Shown in pieces: positions 16,366 through 34,139 of a stretch of DNA of 64,000 nucleotides. The notes below the pieces were generated by a model. The model was given only the letters and a program-made list of their open reading frames with translations, ran no database searches and was not told the origin of the DNA. The translations under genes were made by a program, and so were the position numbers. The stretch comes from Escherichia coli (GTDB taxonomy: Bacteria; Pseudomonadota; Gammaproteobacteria; Enterobacterales; Enterobacteriaceae). Position 1 is the first letter of the stretch; each line of letters opens with the position of its first letter. The stretch lies in assembly GCF_050920415.1 (NCBI RefSeq), contig NZ_CP169309.1, one strand, 5' to 3'.

Positions 16366-16400
16366 GTGTGCATAATACGCTTTCCCGCTCCAGAGTCAAG
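16366..16400 (-). promoter_or_regulatory. rrn P2 promoter
   Basis: Reverse complement TTGACTCTGGAGCGGGAAAGCGTATTATGCACACC (-35 TTGACT, -10 TATTAT). Confidence 0.6.
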
Positions 16401-16491
16401 CATTTTTTTGCTTTTCTCTGTCGAGATTCTCAGGAGAATCTCGCTGACCCGGCGGCGTGTTTGCCGTTGTTCCGTGTCAGTGGTGGCGCAT

Positions 16492-16560
16492 TATAGGGAG
16501 TTATTCCGGCCTGACAAGAGGAAATTTAAAATAATTTTCCGACCGCGCATTTTTTACTCT
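16492..16560 (-). promoter_or_regulatory. rrn P1 promoter with AT-rich UP element
   Basis: Reverse complement GGAAAATTATTTTAAATTTCCTCTTGTCAGGCCGGAATAACTCCCTATAATGCGCCACCACT (-35 TTGTCA, -10 TATAAT, GC-rich discriminator). Confidence 0.6.
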
Positions 16561-16566
16561 TTATGC

Positions 16567-17112
16567 TTATTTCAGCGTCGGTTTGTCGGTTAAATGGGCG
16601 ATTTCTCGGGCGAAATTCTCCACCTGCTGCCAATCGGTATAGACAACTTCTTTGCGCGTATCCGTTTCACCGCCTGACATCTTCATAATCAGCTTGATCA
16701 TAAAGCGGTCGTACCAGCGGTAACGTGGATAACGTAGCGCCCCGGCAATGACGGCACAGCGATCGGGACGCCATTGTGAACTCATCAGAAACTTCCGCGC
16801 GTAGCTGTTGGTCTGTGGAGTACGCTTCTCCGGTTTACGCGCCACCAGGTTTACGGAGTAAAAGGCGCTCGGCATCGAATTCAGCCGCGTCGCATGCTTT
16901 TTGACAAATTCCTGGAACGCAGAGTGGTAGTGACCATAGCGAATAGAAGCACCAATGACCACGCGATCGTAGTTTTCCCACTGGGGTTCTTCAATGCGAT
17001 GCACATTAGCGACATCTGCCTGGATCCCCAGTTCTTTCAGTTCCGAAGCCAGGTAGGCGGCAATCTCGCGCGTTTGTCCGTCCCTTGTTGAGAAAAGAAT
17101 TAATGTTTTCAC
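16567..17112 (-). CDS. hemG: Protoporphyrinogen IX dehydrogenase (menaquinone-dependent, flavodoxin-like)
   Basis: 181 aa flavodoxin-like ORF immediately upstream of the rrn promoters, as in K-12. Confidence 0.9.
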   Translation of the reverse strand: MKTLILFSTRDGQTREIAAYLASELKELGIQADVANVHRIEEPQWENYDRVVIGASIRYGHYHSAFQEFVKKHATRLNSMPSAFYSVNLVARKPEKRTPQTNSYARKFLMSSQWRPDRCAVIAGALRYPRYRWYDRFMIKLIMKMSGGETDTRKEVVYTDWQQVENFAREIAHLTDKPTLK

Positions 17113-17123
17113 GTATTACTCCA

Positions 17124-18575
17124 TCATTCACGCCAGAAAGTCGGGGTAAAGAGCACCAGCAATGTAAAGACCTCGAGACGACCAAACAGCATGTTGGCAA
17201 TCAGGATCCATTTAGCCACCGGGTTCATACTGGTAAAGTTATCAGCAACCACGCCAAGCCCTGGCCCCAGGTTATTCAATGTCGCAACAACCGAGGCAAA
17301 GGCAGAAAAGTCATCCACACCCGTGGCGATAATCGCCAGCATACTGACAATAAACACCAATGCATAGGCGGAGAAAAATCCCCAAACGGCTTCGAGGATA
17401 CGTTCCGGCAGTGCGCGATTCCCCAGCTTAATGCTATACACGGCGTTCGGATGCACCAGTCGTTTCAGCTCACGGTTCCCCTGCTTAAACAGCAGCAGAA
17501 TGCGGATCACTTTCAGGCCACCGCCCGTAGACCCGGCGCAACCGCCAATAAATGCTGAACATAAAAGCAGTACCGGCAAAAAGAGCGGCCAGCGGGCAAT
17601 GCTGTCAGTCGTAAACCCGGCGGTTGTCGCCATCGACACCACCTGAAAAAACGCCTGGTTAATTGTCATCAGCGCCGAACTATAGACATTATGAAACCAC
17701 AGCACGAGGGTACAAATAACCACCAGCGTAAACTGTACGCCGATAAACATGCGAAATTCCGGATCGCGCCAATAAACCTTCAGACTACGCCCACTTAACA
17801 GCGAAAAGTGCAGACCGTAGTTACAGCCGGAGATCAGCAGGAAGATAGCAATGATGGTGTTAATAGTCGGGCTGTCGAAATAACCGATACTGGCATCATG
17901 TGTCGAGAAGCCGCCAATAGCGATAGTCGCAAAGCTATGGCCGATGGCATCAAAGGCATCCATTCCGGCAAACCACAACGCCAGCGCACAGGCGACGGTC
18001 AGCAAGACATAAATCAACCACAGGGTTTTCGCCGTTTCCGCAATTCGCGGGCGCATTTTGTTATCTTTCAGCGGGCCGGGCATTTCTGCGCGATAGAGCT
18101 GCATCCCACCCACGCCGAGGATAGGCAGTATCGCAACCGCCAACACGATGATCCCCATCCCGCCAAACCATTGCAGCATCTGGCGATAAAAGAGGATGGC
18201 GTGAGGGAGCGAATCCAGCCCCACCAGCGTAGTGGCTCCCGTGGTGGTCAGGCCAGAGAAAGATTCAAAAAATGCATCGGTAATCGTGAGGTTTGGGCTT
18301 TCCGAGAAGATAAAAGGGAGCGCACCGACGCTACCCAGCACGGTCCAGAACAGCACCACTATCAGAAACCCTTCACGGGATTTCAGTTCGCCCTTCTCTT
18401 TGCGGTTCGGCCACCACAGCATAGAGCCAATGGCGAGGGCGACAAAAAAGGTCTGGGTAAAAGCGCGGCCCGCTCCATCCCGGTAGATGAGTGCTACCAG
18501 CCCAGGGATAATCATGGTCCCTGAAAATAAGATGACCAGTAGTCCAACGATTCGGGTAATGGCGCGAAAATGCAT
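17124..18575 (-). CDS. trkH: Trk system potassium uptake protein TrkH
   Basis: 483 aa polytopic membrane protein of the TrkH/KtrB family. Confidence 0.9.
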   Translation of the reverse strand: MHFRAITRIVGLLVILFSGTMIIPGLVALIYRDGAGRAFTQTFFVALAIGSMLWWPNRKEKGELKSREGFLIVVLFWTVLGSVGALPFIFSESPNLTITDAFFESFSGLTTTGATTLVGLDSLPHAILFYRQMLQWFGGMGIIVLAVAILPILGVGGMQLYRAEMPGPLKDNKMRPRIAETAKTLWLIYVLLTVACALALWFAGMDAFDAIGHSFATIAIGGFSTHDASIGYFDSPTINTIIAIFLLISGCNYGLHFSLLSGRSLKVYWRDPEFRMFIGVQFTLVVICTLVLWFHNVYSSALMTINQAFFQVVSMATTAGFTTDSIARWPLFLPVLLLCSAFIGGCAGSTGGGLKVIRILLLFKQGNRELKRLVHPNAVYSIKLGNRALPERILEAVWGFFSAYALVFIVSMLAIIATGVDDFSAFASVVATLNNLGPGLGVVADNFTSMNPVAKWILIANMLFGRLEVFTLLVLFTPTFWRE

Positions 18576-18613
18576 CTCTGCCGCTTCCTTAGTTCTGCAA
18601 AACGAAGTGGGGA

Positions 18614-19231
18614 TTATTCTTCAATCGCTAACAATTGCAATGAACCACGGCTAAAATCCGCCAGCTTTGCGGAAAATTCAGCCACTTTCGCCGCCGGAAG
18701 CGCCACCCGCAGCAGAACGAATGCCTGATAATCACTGTTGATAATTTTGCCGCCACACTGCCCCAGCAACGCTTCAATGCCGGTTAACTGACTATATTCA
18801 CATTGCAAAGTATATTCGGTTAATGGCGTCTTGCGTTGGGTCGTTAGCTGGCGCAGTGCCTGATTCACGCCGCCGCCATACGCTTTCACTAACCCACCGG
18901 TGCCCAGCAATATGCCGCCGTAGTAGCGCACCACCACGGCGGTAATTTCCCCGACGCCGCTGCCCATAAGTTGGGCGAGCATCGGTTTACCTGCCGTTCC
19001 CGCCGGTTCCCCGTCATCAGAGAAACCCAGTTGTTGAGAATCATCCGGTGCGCCAGCTACCCACGCCACACAATGGTGGCGAGCATCGGGATGCTCTGCC
19101 CGCACCGATTCAACAAACGCTTTTGCCGCCTCGACGCCATCGGTATGCGCCAACAGCGTAATGAAGCGGCTTTTTTTGATCTCTTCAACAACCGTGACCG
19201 GTGCCGCAGGAATTAACCAGCTTTCCATCAC
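18614..19231 (-). CDS. yigZ: IMPACT-family protein YigZ
   Basis: 205 aa; overlaps pepQ stop; conserved pepQ-yigZ-trkH-hemG arrangement. Confidence 0.85.
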
Positions 19232-20559
19232 GCCAGTTTCAGATCCCGGGTCATGTTTTCCACGTTGTTTTCGTGGATCACCACGTTGTCTTCGATACGA
19301 ATGCCGCCGAACGGTTTCAGTGCTTCAATTTTCTGCCAATTGAAGTGTTTGCTGAACTGCCCTTCACGCCACGGTGCCAGCAGCGATTCGATGAAGTAGA
19401 TACCCGGTTCGATGGTTAAGACCATGCCCGGCTGGAGAATACGGGTGCAGCGCAGGTACGGATATTTTGCCGGTGCCGCGAGGTGCGTACCGCTATCATC
19501 CTGCATAAAACCGGCCACGTCATGCACCTGCAGGCCCAGCGGATGGCCGATACCGTGCGGCATAAACGGTCCGGTAAGATCATTTTCGACCATCGCCTCT
19601 TCACTCATATCGGTGATGATTTGATGTTTACGCAGCAGTTTGGCGATACGCTGATGGAACTGGATGTGGTAATCCACATAGCTGACGCCTGCTTTCATGG
19701 TAGCGATCAGCGCCAGTTGTTCATCATTTACGTCTTTCACCAGCTGTGCGTAGTCGTTGTCGCTTTTTGCCGACCAGGTACGGGTCAAGTCAGCCGCATA
19801 GCCGTTATATTCTGCCCCGGCATCCAGCAGGAAGCTGCGCATCTCTTCCGGAGCCTGATGGTCCAGTTTGGTGTAATGCAGTACCGCAGCATGTTCGTTG
19901 AGCGCCACAATGTTGCTGTAAGGCACGTCGGTATCACGATGACCGGTCGCGGTCAGATAGGCAATGTTGATATCGAACTCGCTCATGCCAGAACGGAACG
20001 CTTCTTCTGCCGCGCGATGACCGTTGACCGCCATTTTCTGCGCTTCACGCATACAGGCCAGTTCGTACTCGGTTTTGAAGGAGCGGTAGTAATGCAGGTA
20101 GTCGATCACCCCTTTCGGGTTGATATTGCTGGCCTCAATACCCAGTTGCAGCGCACGTTCCGGCACCGGGCCGATATACCCGATATTGCCGCGCGCAGCT
20201 GGCAACAGGCTACCAATGCCATCGGCTTTCGGCAGCGCAATTACTTCCACGTCCTCAGTCCAGAAGGAGGTCGGCAGTGGTTCGACGTTGTGCCAGTAAT
20301 CAACCGGCAGATAAAACCACAGTTTCGGCTTGTTCACGCCATCTACCAGCAACCAGCAGTTTGGCACCTGGGTTACCGGCACCCACGCTTTGAATTGCGG
20401 GTTCACTTTAAAAGGATAGGGATGATCGTCGAGAAAAACGTTGAACAGTTCGCCGGAGTGAATAAGTAACGCATCCAGTTTGAAGCGCGCCAGCGCATCG
20501 CGAGTCCGTTCCTGTAAGGTAGCTATATGATTTTTATAGAGCGAGGCCAGTGATTCCAT
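19228..20559 (-). CDS. pepQ: Xaa-Pro dipeptidase (prolidase)
   Basis: 443 aa M24-family metallopeptidase; divergent from fadB. Confidence 0.9.
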
Positions 20560-20705
20560 TTTTTACCCTTCTGTTTTTTGACCTTAAGTCTCCGCATCTT
20601 AGCACAACGTTAATACAGAGCGTGATTTCTGCCGAGCGTGATCAGATTGGCATTTCTTTAATCTTTTATTTGCATATTTTTAACACAAAATACACACTTC
20701 GTTTC

Positions 20706-20722
20706 ATCTGGTACGACCAGAT
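20706..20722. promoter_or_regulatory. FadR operator in the fadBA promoter
   Basis: ATCTGGTACGACCAGAT dyad about 25 bp upstream of the fadB start, matching the FadR box pattern. Confidence 0.6.
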
Positions 20723-20747
20723 CACCTTGCGGATTCAGGAGACTGAC

Positions 20748-22937
20748 ATGCTTTACAAAGGCGACACCCTGTACCTTGACTGGCTGGAAGATGGCATTGC
20801 CGAACTGGTATTTGATGCCCCAGGTTCAGTTAATAAACTCGACACTGCGACCGTCGCCAGCCTCGGCGAGGCCATCGGCGTGCTGGAACAGCAATCAGAT
20901 TTAAAAGGGCTGCTGCTGCGTTCGAATAAAGCAGCCTTTATCGTCGGTGCTGATATCACCGAATTCTTGTCCCTGTTCCTCGTTCCTGAAGAACAGTTAA
21001 GCCAGTGGCTGCATTTTGCCAATAGCGTGTTTAATCGCCTGGAAGATCTGCCGGTGCCGACCATTGCTGCCGTCAACGGCTATGCGCTGGGCGGTGGCTG
21101 CGAATGTGTGCTGGCGACCGATTATCGTCTGGCGACGCCAGATCTGCGCATCGGTCTGCCGGAAACCAAACTGGGCATCATGCCGGGCTTTGGCGGTTCT
21201 GTACGTATGCCACGTATGCTCGGTGCTGATAGTGCGCTGGAAATCATTGCCGCCGGTAAAGATGTCGGCGCGGATCAGGCGCTGAAAATCGGTCTGGTGG
21301 ATGGCGTAGTCAAAGCAGAAAAACTGGTTGAAGGCGCGAAGGCAATTTTACGTCAGGCCATTAACGGCGACCTCGACTGGAAAGCGAAACGTCAGCCGAA
21401 GCTGGAACCGCTAAAACTGAGCAAGATTGAAGCCACCATGAGCTTCACCATCGCTAAAGGAATGGTCGCACAAACAGCAGGGAAACATTACCCCGCACCC
21501 ATCACCGCAGTAAAAACCATTGAAGCTGCGGCCCGTTTTGGTCGTGAAGAAGCCTTAAACCTGGAAAACAAAAGTTTTGTCCCGCTGGCGCATACCAACG
21601 AAGCTCGCGCACTGGTCGGCATTTTCCTTAACGATCAATATGTAAAAGGTAAAGCGAAGAAACTCACCAAAGATGTTGAAACCCCGAAACAGGCCGCTGT
21701 GCTGGGCGCAGGCATTATGGGCGGCGGCATCGCTTACCAGTCTGCGTGGAAAGGCGTGCCGGTTGTCATGAAAGATATCAACGACAAGTCGTTAACCCTC
21801 GGCATGACCGAAGCCGCGAAACTGCTGAACAAGCAGCTTGAGCGCGGCAAGATCGACGGTCTGAAACTGGCTGGCGTGATCTCCACGATTCATCCAACGC
21901 TCGACTACGCCGGGTTTGATCGCGTGGACGTTGTGGTAGAAGCGGTTGTCGAAAACCCGAAAGTGAAAAAAGCCGTGCTGGCAGAAACCGAGCAGAAAGT
22001 ACGCCCGGATACCGTGCTGGCTTCCAATACTTCAACCATTCCTATCAGCGAACTGGCCAACGCGCTGGAACGCCCGGAAAACTTCTGCGGGATGCATTTC
22101 TTTAACCCAGTGCACCGGATGCCGTTGGTGGAAATTATTCGCGGTGAGAAAAGCTCCGACGAAACCATCGCGAAAGTTGTCGCATGGGCGAGCAAGATGG
22201 GTAAAACGCCAATTGTGGTTAATGACTGCCCCGGCTTCTTTGTTAACCGCGTGCTGTTCCCCTATTTCGCCGGTTTCAGCCAGCTGCTGCGCGACGGCGC
22301 GGATTTTCGCAAGATCGACAAAGTGATGGAAAAACAGTTCGGCTGGCCGATGGGTCCGGCATACTTGCTGGATGTCGTGGGCATTGATACCGCGCATCAC
22401 GCCCAGGCAGTGATGGCAGCAGGTTTCCCGCAGCGGATGCAGAAAGATTATCGCGATGCCATCGACGCACTGTTTGATGCCAAGCGTTTTGGTCAGAAGA
22501 ACGGCCTCGGTTTCTGGCGTTATAAAGAAGACAGCAAAGGTAAGCCGAAGAAAGAAGAAGATGCCGCCGTTGACGACCTGCTGGCAGAAGTCAGCCAGCC
22601 GAAGCGCGATTTCAGCGAAGAAGAGATTATCGCCCGCATGATGATCCCGATGGTCAACGAAGTGGTGCGCTGTCTGGAAGAAGGCATTATCGCCACTCCG
22701 GCAGAAGCGGATATGGCGCTGGTCTACGGCCTGGGCTTCCCTCCGTTCCACGGCGGCGCGTTCCGCTGGCTGGACACCCTCGGTAGCGCAAAATACCTCG
22801 ATATGGCACAACAATATCAGCACCTCGGCCCGCTGTATGAAGTGCCGGAAGGTCTGCGTAATAAAGCGCGTCATAACGAACCGTACTATCCCCCGGTTGA
22901 GCCAGCCCGTCCGGTTGGCGACCTGAAAACGGCTTAA
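20748..22937 (+). CDS. fadB: Fatty acid oxidation complex alpha subunit (start at internal MLYKGD Met; track ORF 20550.. is an extension)
   Basis: 729 aa; enoyl-CoA hydratase N-domain plus 3-hydroxyacyl-CoA dehydrogenase; RBS aggag before the ATG at 20748. Confidence 0.95.
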   Translation: MLYKGDTLYLDWLEDGIAELVFDAPGSVNKLDTATVASLGEAIGVLEQQSDLKGLLLRSNKAAFIVGADITEFLSLFLVPEEQLSQWLHFANSVFNRLEDLPVPTIAAVNGYALGGGCECVLATDYRLATPDLRIGLPETKLGIMPGFGGSVRMPRMLGADSALEIIAAGKDVGADQALKIGLVDGVVKAEKLVEGAKAILRQAINGDLDWKAKRQPKLEPLKLSKIEATMSFTIAKGMVAQTAGKHYPAPITAVKTIEAAARFGREEALNLENKSFVPLAHTNEARALVGIFLNDQYVKGKAKKLTKDVETPKQAAVLGAGIMGGGIAYQSAWKGVPVVMKDINDKSLTLGMTEAAKLLNKQLERGKIDGLKLAGVISTIHPTLDYAGFDRVDVVVEAVVENPKVKKAVLAETEQKVRPDTVLASNTSTIPISELANALERPENFCGMHFFNPVHRMPLVEIIRGEKSSDETIAKVVAWASKMGKTPIVVNDCPGFFVNRVLFPYFAGFSQLLRDGADFRKIDKVMEKQFGWPMGPAYLLDVVGIDTAHHAQAVMAAGFPQRMQKDYRDAIDALFDAKRFGQKNGLGFWRYKEDSKGKPKKEEDAAVDDLLAEVSQPKRDFSEEEIIARMMIPMVNEVVRCLEEGIIATPAEADMALVYGLGFPPFHGGAFRWLDTLGSAKYLDMAQQYQHLGPLYEVPEGLRNKARHNEPYYPPVEPARPVGDLKTA

Positions 22938-24110
<1,173 letters not shown>

Positions 24111-24116
24111 CCACTT

Positions 24117-25600
<1,484 letters not shown>

Positions 25601-25670
25601 GATCTAAATGCCACTGTATAAAGTTTTAGTTGCCGTTCTTCCCGCCTGTCAGGGGCGGGTTTTTTATATC

Positions 25671-26372
25671 TCAGATAAACGCAAACGCATCGCCAAACAG
25701 GCGGTCTTCCCGCGCATTACGCTCACTGCAAAACAGGTCACGGGCAATTTTCGCCATCTCAAAACGCCCGGCAATGTAGATATCATGCTCTGCCAGGGTA
25801 CCGTGATCTTGCAATACCGCCGTTAACACGGTGCCAGTACGCCCACGCCAACCCGCTTCCGGTTGTTCAACCACCGGCACCACTTGCAGACCAGGATGCT
25901 TCAGCGAAAGCGCCTCAAGCTCGGAGAGATCATAAAGATGCTGCTCTTCACGCCCGCCCCAGTAAATGGTGATATCACGGTTTGGGTTACGCGCCAGCGC
26001 CGTCAGCAAAATCGAGCGCGCATAAGAGAAGCCTGTACCGCCCGCAATCAAAATCATCGGACGCTCTTCATCATCGCGCAGCCACGCTTCTCCGTGGGGA
26101 ATATCGACCACGATTTGATGATCTTTGAGGATGCGGTCCATGACTGCTTTCGCGTAAAGGTTGATTTCAGAAGCGCCAATATGCAGCTCGATAAACTCTT
26201 TTTCATCCGGCGTCGAAGCCATTGAGAATGGACGTTTATCGCGCTCATCCATCACCACCATCAAATACTGACCAGCACGAAAAGAAAAGGCCGCGTCTGG
26301 CACGATGCGGACACGATATACGGTATCGGTGATAGCTTCTACCGAGGTCACTTTACAGCTTAAGGTTGTCAT
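25671..26372 (-). CDS. fre: NAD(P)H-flavin reductase (start at internal MTTLSCKV Met)
   Basis: 233 aa ferredoxin-NADP reductase-like fold; conserved position next to ubiD. Confidence 0.9.
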   Translation of the reverse strand: MTTLSCKVTSVEAITDTVYRVRIVPDAAFSFRAGQYLMVVMDERDKRPFSMASTPDEKEFIELHIGASEINLYAKAVMDRILKDHQIVVDIPHGEAWLRDDEERPMILIAGGTGFSYARSILLTALARNPNRDITIYWGGREEQHLYDLSELEALSLKHPGLQVVPVVEQPEAGWRGRTGTVLTAVLQDHGTLAEHDIYIAGRFEMAKIARDLFCSERNAREDRLFGDAFAFI

Positions 26373-26417
26373 GCGCTTTCTCTGTCGGATCGATAAATAG
26401 GGCAAAACAAACGCGCA

Positions 26418-27911
26418 TCAGGCGCTTTTACCGTTGTTAAAAATAGCCAGTTCATCCCAGATGGCGTCAATATGCGCGACAACATCCGGATCTTTTTTGA
26501 TGGGACGTCCCCATTCACGCTGGGTTTCCCCTGGCCATTTATTCGTGGCATCCAGCCCCATTTTTGAACCCAGCCCGGAGACAGGCGAGGCAAAATCCAG
26601 ATAATCAATAGGCGTATTTTCGACCAACACCGTGTCCCGCGCCGGGTCCATACGGGTGGTAATCGCCCAAATCACATCGTTCCAGTCGCGTGCGTTGACG
26701 TCATCATCGCAAACGATCACAAATTTAGTGTACATAAACTGGCGTAAGAACGACCAGACGCCCATCATGACGCGCTTCGCGTGTCCGGCGTACTGTTTTT
26801 TGATTGTCACTACCGCCAGACGATATGAACAGCCTTCCGGCGGCAGGTAAAAATCGACAATTTCCGGGAACTGTTTTTGCAGAATCGGCACGAACACTTC
26901 GTTCAACGCTACGCCCAGTACCGCGGGTTCATCTGGCGGACGCCCGGTATAGGTGGAATGGTAAATCGCATCTTCACGCTGGGTAATATGCGTCACGGTG
27001 AATACCGGGAAACTATCGACTTCGTTATAGTAACCGGTGTGGTCGCCATACGGCCCTTCCGGCGCCGTTTCACCTTGTTCGATATACCCTTCCAGCACAA
27101 TCTCCGCACTGGCGGGCACTTCAAGGTCATTGGAGATACACTTCACCACTTCGGTCTTGGTGCCGCGCAGCAATCCGGCAAACGCATACTCTGAAAGCGT
27201 ATCCGGAACGGGGGTGACTGCACCGAGAATCGTGGCGGGATCAGCACCCAGCGCCACAGAAACCGGGAAACGTTCGCCCGGATGCGCCGCACACCACTCC
27301 TGATAATCCAGCGCGCCGCCGCGATGCGACAGCCAGCGCATAATCAGTTTGTTTTTACCAATTAGCTGCTGGCGATAAATGCCCAGATTCTGCCGCTCTT
27401 TATGCGGGCCGCGCGTCACTGTCAGCCCCCAGGTAATCAGCGGCGCGGCATCTTCCGGCCAGCAGGTCATAATGGGAATGCGATTGAGATCGACGTCATC
27501 GCCAGAGACGATTTTTTGTTGGCAGGGCGCACCACGCAGTCGCTTTGTCGGCATGTTCAATACTTGTTTAAACTGCGGCAGTTTATCAAACAGGTCGCGG
27601 AAACCTTTTGGCGGCTCCGGCTCTTTCAGAAAAGCCAATAATTTACCCACTTCACGCAGCGCCGAAACATCTTCCTGCCCCATGCCCATCGCCACGCGCT
27701 TCGGCGTACCGAACAGGTTGCAAAGCACCGGCATTGAGTACCCTTTAGGGTTTTCGAATAACAGCGCAGGCCCACCGGCACGCAAAGTGCGGTCAGCAAT
27801 TTCAGTGATTTCCAGATGCGGATCCACCGGGAGCGTGATACGTTTTAGCTCACCCTGCTGTTCAAGCAGCGTCAGGAAGTCGCGTAAATCGTTATATTTC
27901 ATGGCATCCAT
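26418..27911 (-). CDS. ubiD: 3-octaprenyl-4-hydroxybenzoate decarboxylase
   Basis: 497 aa UbiD-family ORF. Confidence 0.95.
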   Translation of the reverse strand: MDAMKYNDLRDFLTLLEQQGELKRITLPVDPHLEITEIADRTLRAGGPALLFENPKGYSMPVLCNLFGTPKRVAMGMGQEDVSALREVGKLLAFLKEPEPPKGFRDLFDKLPQFKQVLNMPTKRLRGAPCQQKIVSGDDVDLNRIPIMTCWPEDAAPLITWGLTVTRGPHKERQNLGIYRQQLIGKNKLIMRWLSHRGGALDYQEWCAAHPGERFPVSVALGADPATILGAVTPVPDTLSEYAFAGLLRGTKTEVVKCISNDLEVPASAEIVLEGYIEQGETAPEGPYGDHTGYYNEVDSFPVFTVTHITQREDAIYHSTYTGRPPDEPAVLGVALNEVFVPILQKQFPEIVDFYLPPEGCSYRLAVVTIKKQYAGHAKRVMMGVWSFLRQFMYTKFVIVCDDDVNARDWNDVIWAITTRMDPARDTVLVENTPIDYLDFASPVSGLGSKMGLDATNKWPGETQREWGRPIKKDPDVVAHIDAIWDELAIFNNGKSA

Positions 27912-28032
27912 TGTAGCCTCTTAGTCTGCGCCCATTATACGGCGTTCATCTTTGCGATGCTGTAAATTTGTTAAATTAGCGTGAACTCTGACGGTATAAC
28001 GCAAACCGGGGAATATAATTAACTTAGCGTAA

Positions 28033-29345
<1,313 letters not shown>

Positions 29346-29386
29346 CCTGTACTCCATATGACAACCGCCCTGACGGGCGGTTGAAT

Positions 29387-30163
29387 TTATTCTTCAGTTT
29401 TTTCGCTTTCTGCTTCAGCGTCGTTTTCCTCTTCCCGGTTTCGACCCTTACCAACGTAAAAGCGTGAGAAGAAGACACCGATTTCAAACAGGCAGTACAT
29501 CGGGATCGCCAGCAGCGTTTGCGAGAAGACATCCGGCGGCGTCAGCAGCATCCCGACAACAAATGCGCCAACCAGCACATACGGACGTTTTTTGCGTAAG
29601 TCTTCTGGCGAGGTAATTCCCATCCAGCACAGCAGCACAATTGCCACCGGCACTTCAAAGGAGACACCAAACGCCATAAACAGCGCCATAACGAAGCTTA
29701 AATAGCTGGCGATGTCGGTGGATACCTGTACCCCTTCCGGCGCGGTATTGGCAAGGAAGCCAAATGCCAGCGGAAAGACCACAAAGTAGGCGAACGCCAT
29801 GCCGATATAAAACAACAGAGAGCTGGAAACCAGCAGCGGCACCACCAGGCGACGTTCATGCTTATACAGCGCTGGGGCGATAAACGCCCAGACCTGATAG
29901 AGAATCACCGGCGCTGACAGAATCAGCGACACCATAAAGGTCAGCTTGATCGGCGTAAAGAACGGCGAGGCCACGTCAGTGGCGATCATCGTTGAGCCTT
30001 GCGGCAACTGCTTGATCAATGGCGCGGATACCAGGTGATAGATGTCATTGGCGAAATAGACCAGACACAGGAATATCACGATCACCGCGATAATGCAGTT
30101 CAGCAGACGCTTACGCAGCTCAATCAGATGCGTGATAAGCGGTTGAGTATCTTCTACAGACAT
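29387..30163 (-). CDS. tatC: Twin-arginine translocase subunit TatC
   Basis: 258 aa six-TM protein beginning [21 protein letters not shown]. Confidence 0.95.
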
Positions 30164-30175
30164 GTTTACGGTTTA

Positions 30176-30682
30176 TCACTCGACGAAGGGGGAAGGTGCA
30201 GCGGTTTTCGGTTCAGCGTCCGCAGCAGGTTTTACCACCGGCTCTGGCGTGGTTTCTGGCTTCTGTTCCGGCGAACTGGCCTGCGTTTGTGCAGCGGCAG
30301 GCGTTACGCCTTCATGCGCAGCTTCATTATCTTTCACCACCGGGTTATGGATGGTGTGCGCTTCATCGCTCGCCTTTTCAGGATCGTTTGCAACGTAGGA
30401 ACGCTTCATCGACTCCGCGGCCTGGCGTAGTTCATCCATCGACGCTTTCAGTTCGGGCGTCAGGTTAGTGAGGCTCGCCTTTTCAACCTTTTTCAGGCTG
30501 TCCTGAAACTCCTGGAGTTTTAACTCCTGGGTCAGTTCGTTCTGCACCGTTGTCGCCAGTGAACGCAACGCGCGAATCCAGCCAGCTACCGTTTTTACCG
30601 CCACAGGCAGTCGTTGCGGCCCCAGAACGACGAGGCCGATGATGAACACCAATAGCAGTTCGCTAAAACCGATATCAAACAC
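30176..30682 (-). CDS. tatB: Twin-arginine translocase subunit TatB (C-terminal tail differs from K-12 as I recall it)
   Basis: Begins [26 protein letters not shown]; ends ...APSPFVE instead of the remembered ...APSPSSSDKP. Confidence 0.9.
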   Translation of the reverse strand: MFDIGFSELLLVFIIGLVVLGPQRLPVAVKTVAGWIRALRSLATTVQNELTQELKLQEFQDSLKKVEKASLTNLTPELKASMDELRQAAESMKRSYVANDPEKASDEAHTIHNPVVKDNEAAHEGVTPAAAQTQASSPEQKPETTPEPVVKPAADAEPKTAAPSPFVE

Positions 30683-30685
30683 GGA

Positions 30686-30955
30686 TTACACCTGCTCTTT
30701 ATCGTGGCGCTTCGCGTCTTCTGTTTTAGCCTGTTCCTGATTCGTATCCGCCTGCTTATCGGCGATAGTTTTCGCAGTAAAATCAGCATCCTGACTGGTT
30801 TTATCCTGCTTTGGTTCATCATCGCTCATTGCTTTTTTAAAGCCTTTGATCGACGCACCAAGATCGGAACCGATGGAGCCGAGCTTTTTGGTGCCAAAAA
30901 GCAGTACAACGATGACGGCAATAATCAATAACTGCCAAATACTGATACCACCCAT
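30686..30955 (-). CDS. tatA: Twin-arginine translocase subunit TatA (start at [10 protein letters not shown])
   Basis: 89 aa single-TM protein with the TatA hinge motif. Confidence 0.9.
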   Translation of the reverse strand: MGGISIWQLLIIAVIVVLLFGTKKLGSIGSDLGASIKGFKKAMSDDEPKQDKTSQDADFTAKTIADKQADTNQEQAKTEDAKRHDKEQV

Positions 30956-31033
30956 ACATGTTCCTCTGTGGTAGATGATGATTAAACAAGGCCGCATTAT
31001 ACGTTACACGGCCCGCCTTGAGCGATGAAAAAA

Positions 31034-33276
<2,243 letters not shown>

Positions 33277-33289
33277 TTCCGGTCTCCTG

Positions 33290-34045
33290 TCAGAACTTAT
33301 AACCACGATGCAGCGCCACAACCCCTGCCGTCAGGTTGTAATAGTCGACACTTTCGAATCCAGCATCCTGCATCATAGCTTGCAGGGTGTCCTGATCGGG
33401 ATGCATGCGGATAGATTCAGCAAGATAACGGTAGCTGTCAGCGTCGTTCGCGACCAGTGAGCCAATACGCGGCAGCACATGGAAGGAGTAAGCGTCATAG
33501 GCCTTACTTAACGGCTCGATAATCGGCTTCGAGAACTCAAGCACCAGCAGTCGGCCGCCAGGTTTCAGAACGCGATACATTGAACGCAGAGCTTTATCTT
33601 TGTCAGTGACGTTACGCAGACCAAACGAAATGGTGATGCAATCAAAGGTGTTATCCGGGAACGGCAGCGCCTCAGCGTTCGCCTGAACATACTCAACGTT
33701 GCCAATCACACCAATATTACGCAGCTTCTCGCGGCCCATTTTGAGCATGGATTCATTGATATCAGCAAGGACCACTTTGCCAGTTTCACCCACCAGGCGG
33801 GAGAATTTCGCTGTCAGGTCGCCAGTACCGCCTGCCAGATCCAGCACGGTCTGCCCGCGGCGTACGCCACTGCAATCAATCGTGAAGCGTTTCCACAAAC
33901 GATGTATGCCAAAAGACATCAAATCATTCATGACATCGTATTTCGATGCCACGGAATGGAAAACGTGGGCGACCATATCCGCTTTTTGTTCCTTCGCGAC
34001 GGTCTGAAAACCAAAGTGCGTCGTTTCTTGTGACTTATCCACCAT
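33290..34045 (-). CDS. ubiE: Ubiquinone/menaquinone C-methyltransferase UbiE
   Basis: 251 aa SAM-dependent methyltransferase with the LDLAGGTGD motif. Confidence 0.95.
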   Translation of the reverse strand: MVDKSQETTHFGFQTVAKEQKADMVAHVFHSVASKYDVMNDLMSFGIHRLWKRFTIDCSGVRRGQTVLDLAGGTGDLTAKFSRLVGETGKVVLADINESMLKMGREKLRNIGVIGNVEYVQANAEALPFPDNTFDCITISFGLRNVTDKDKALRSMYRVLKPGGRLLVLEFSKPIIEPLSKAYDAYSFHVLPRIGSLVANDADSYRYLAESIRMHPDQDTLQAMMQDAGFESVDYYNLTAGVVALHRGYKF

Positions 34046-34139
34046 CTCAATGCCTGCTCATCAAAAAATTGTTCCAGAAGTGTAACAGATTGGGCGTCGA
34101 TGCCCTAGATTTCTACCCGGCTTAACTACCCCCAATGGG

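Noticed and set aside
19483-20469. 328 aa ORF on the plus strand
   Set aside because: Fully antisense to the well-conserved pepQ gene; long antisense ORFs are common in GC-rich coding sequence and there is no independent support.
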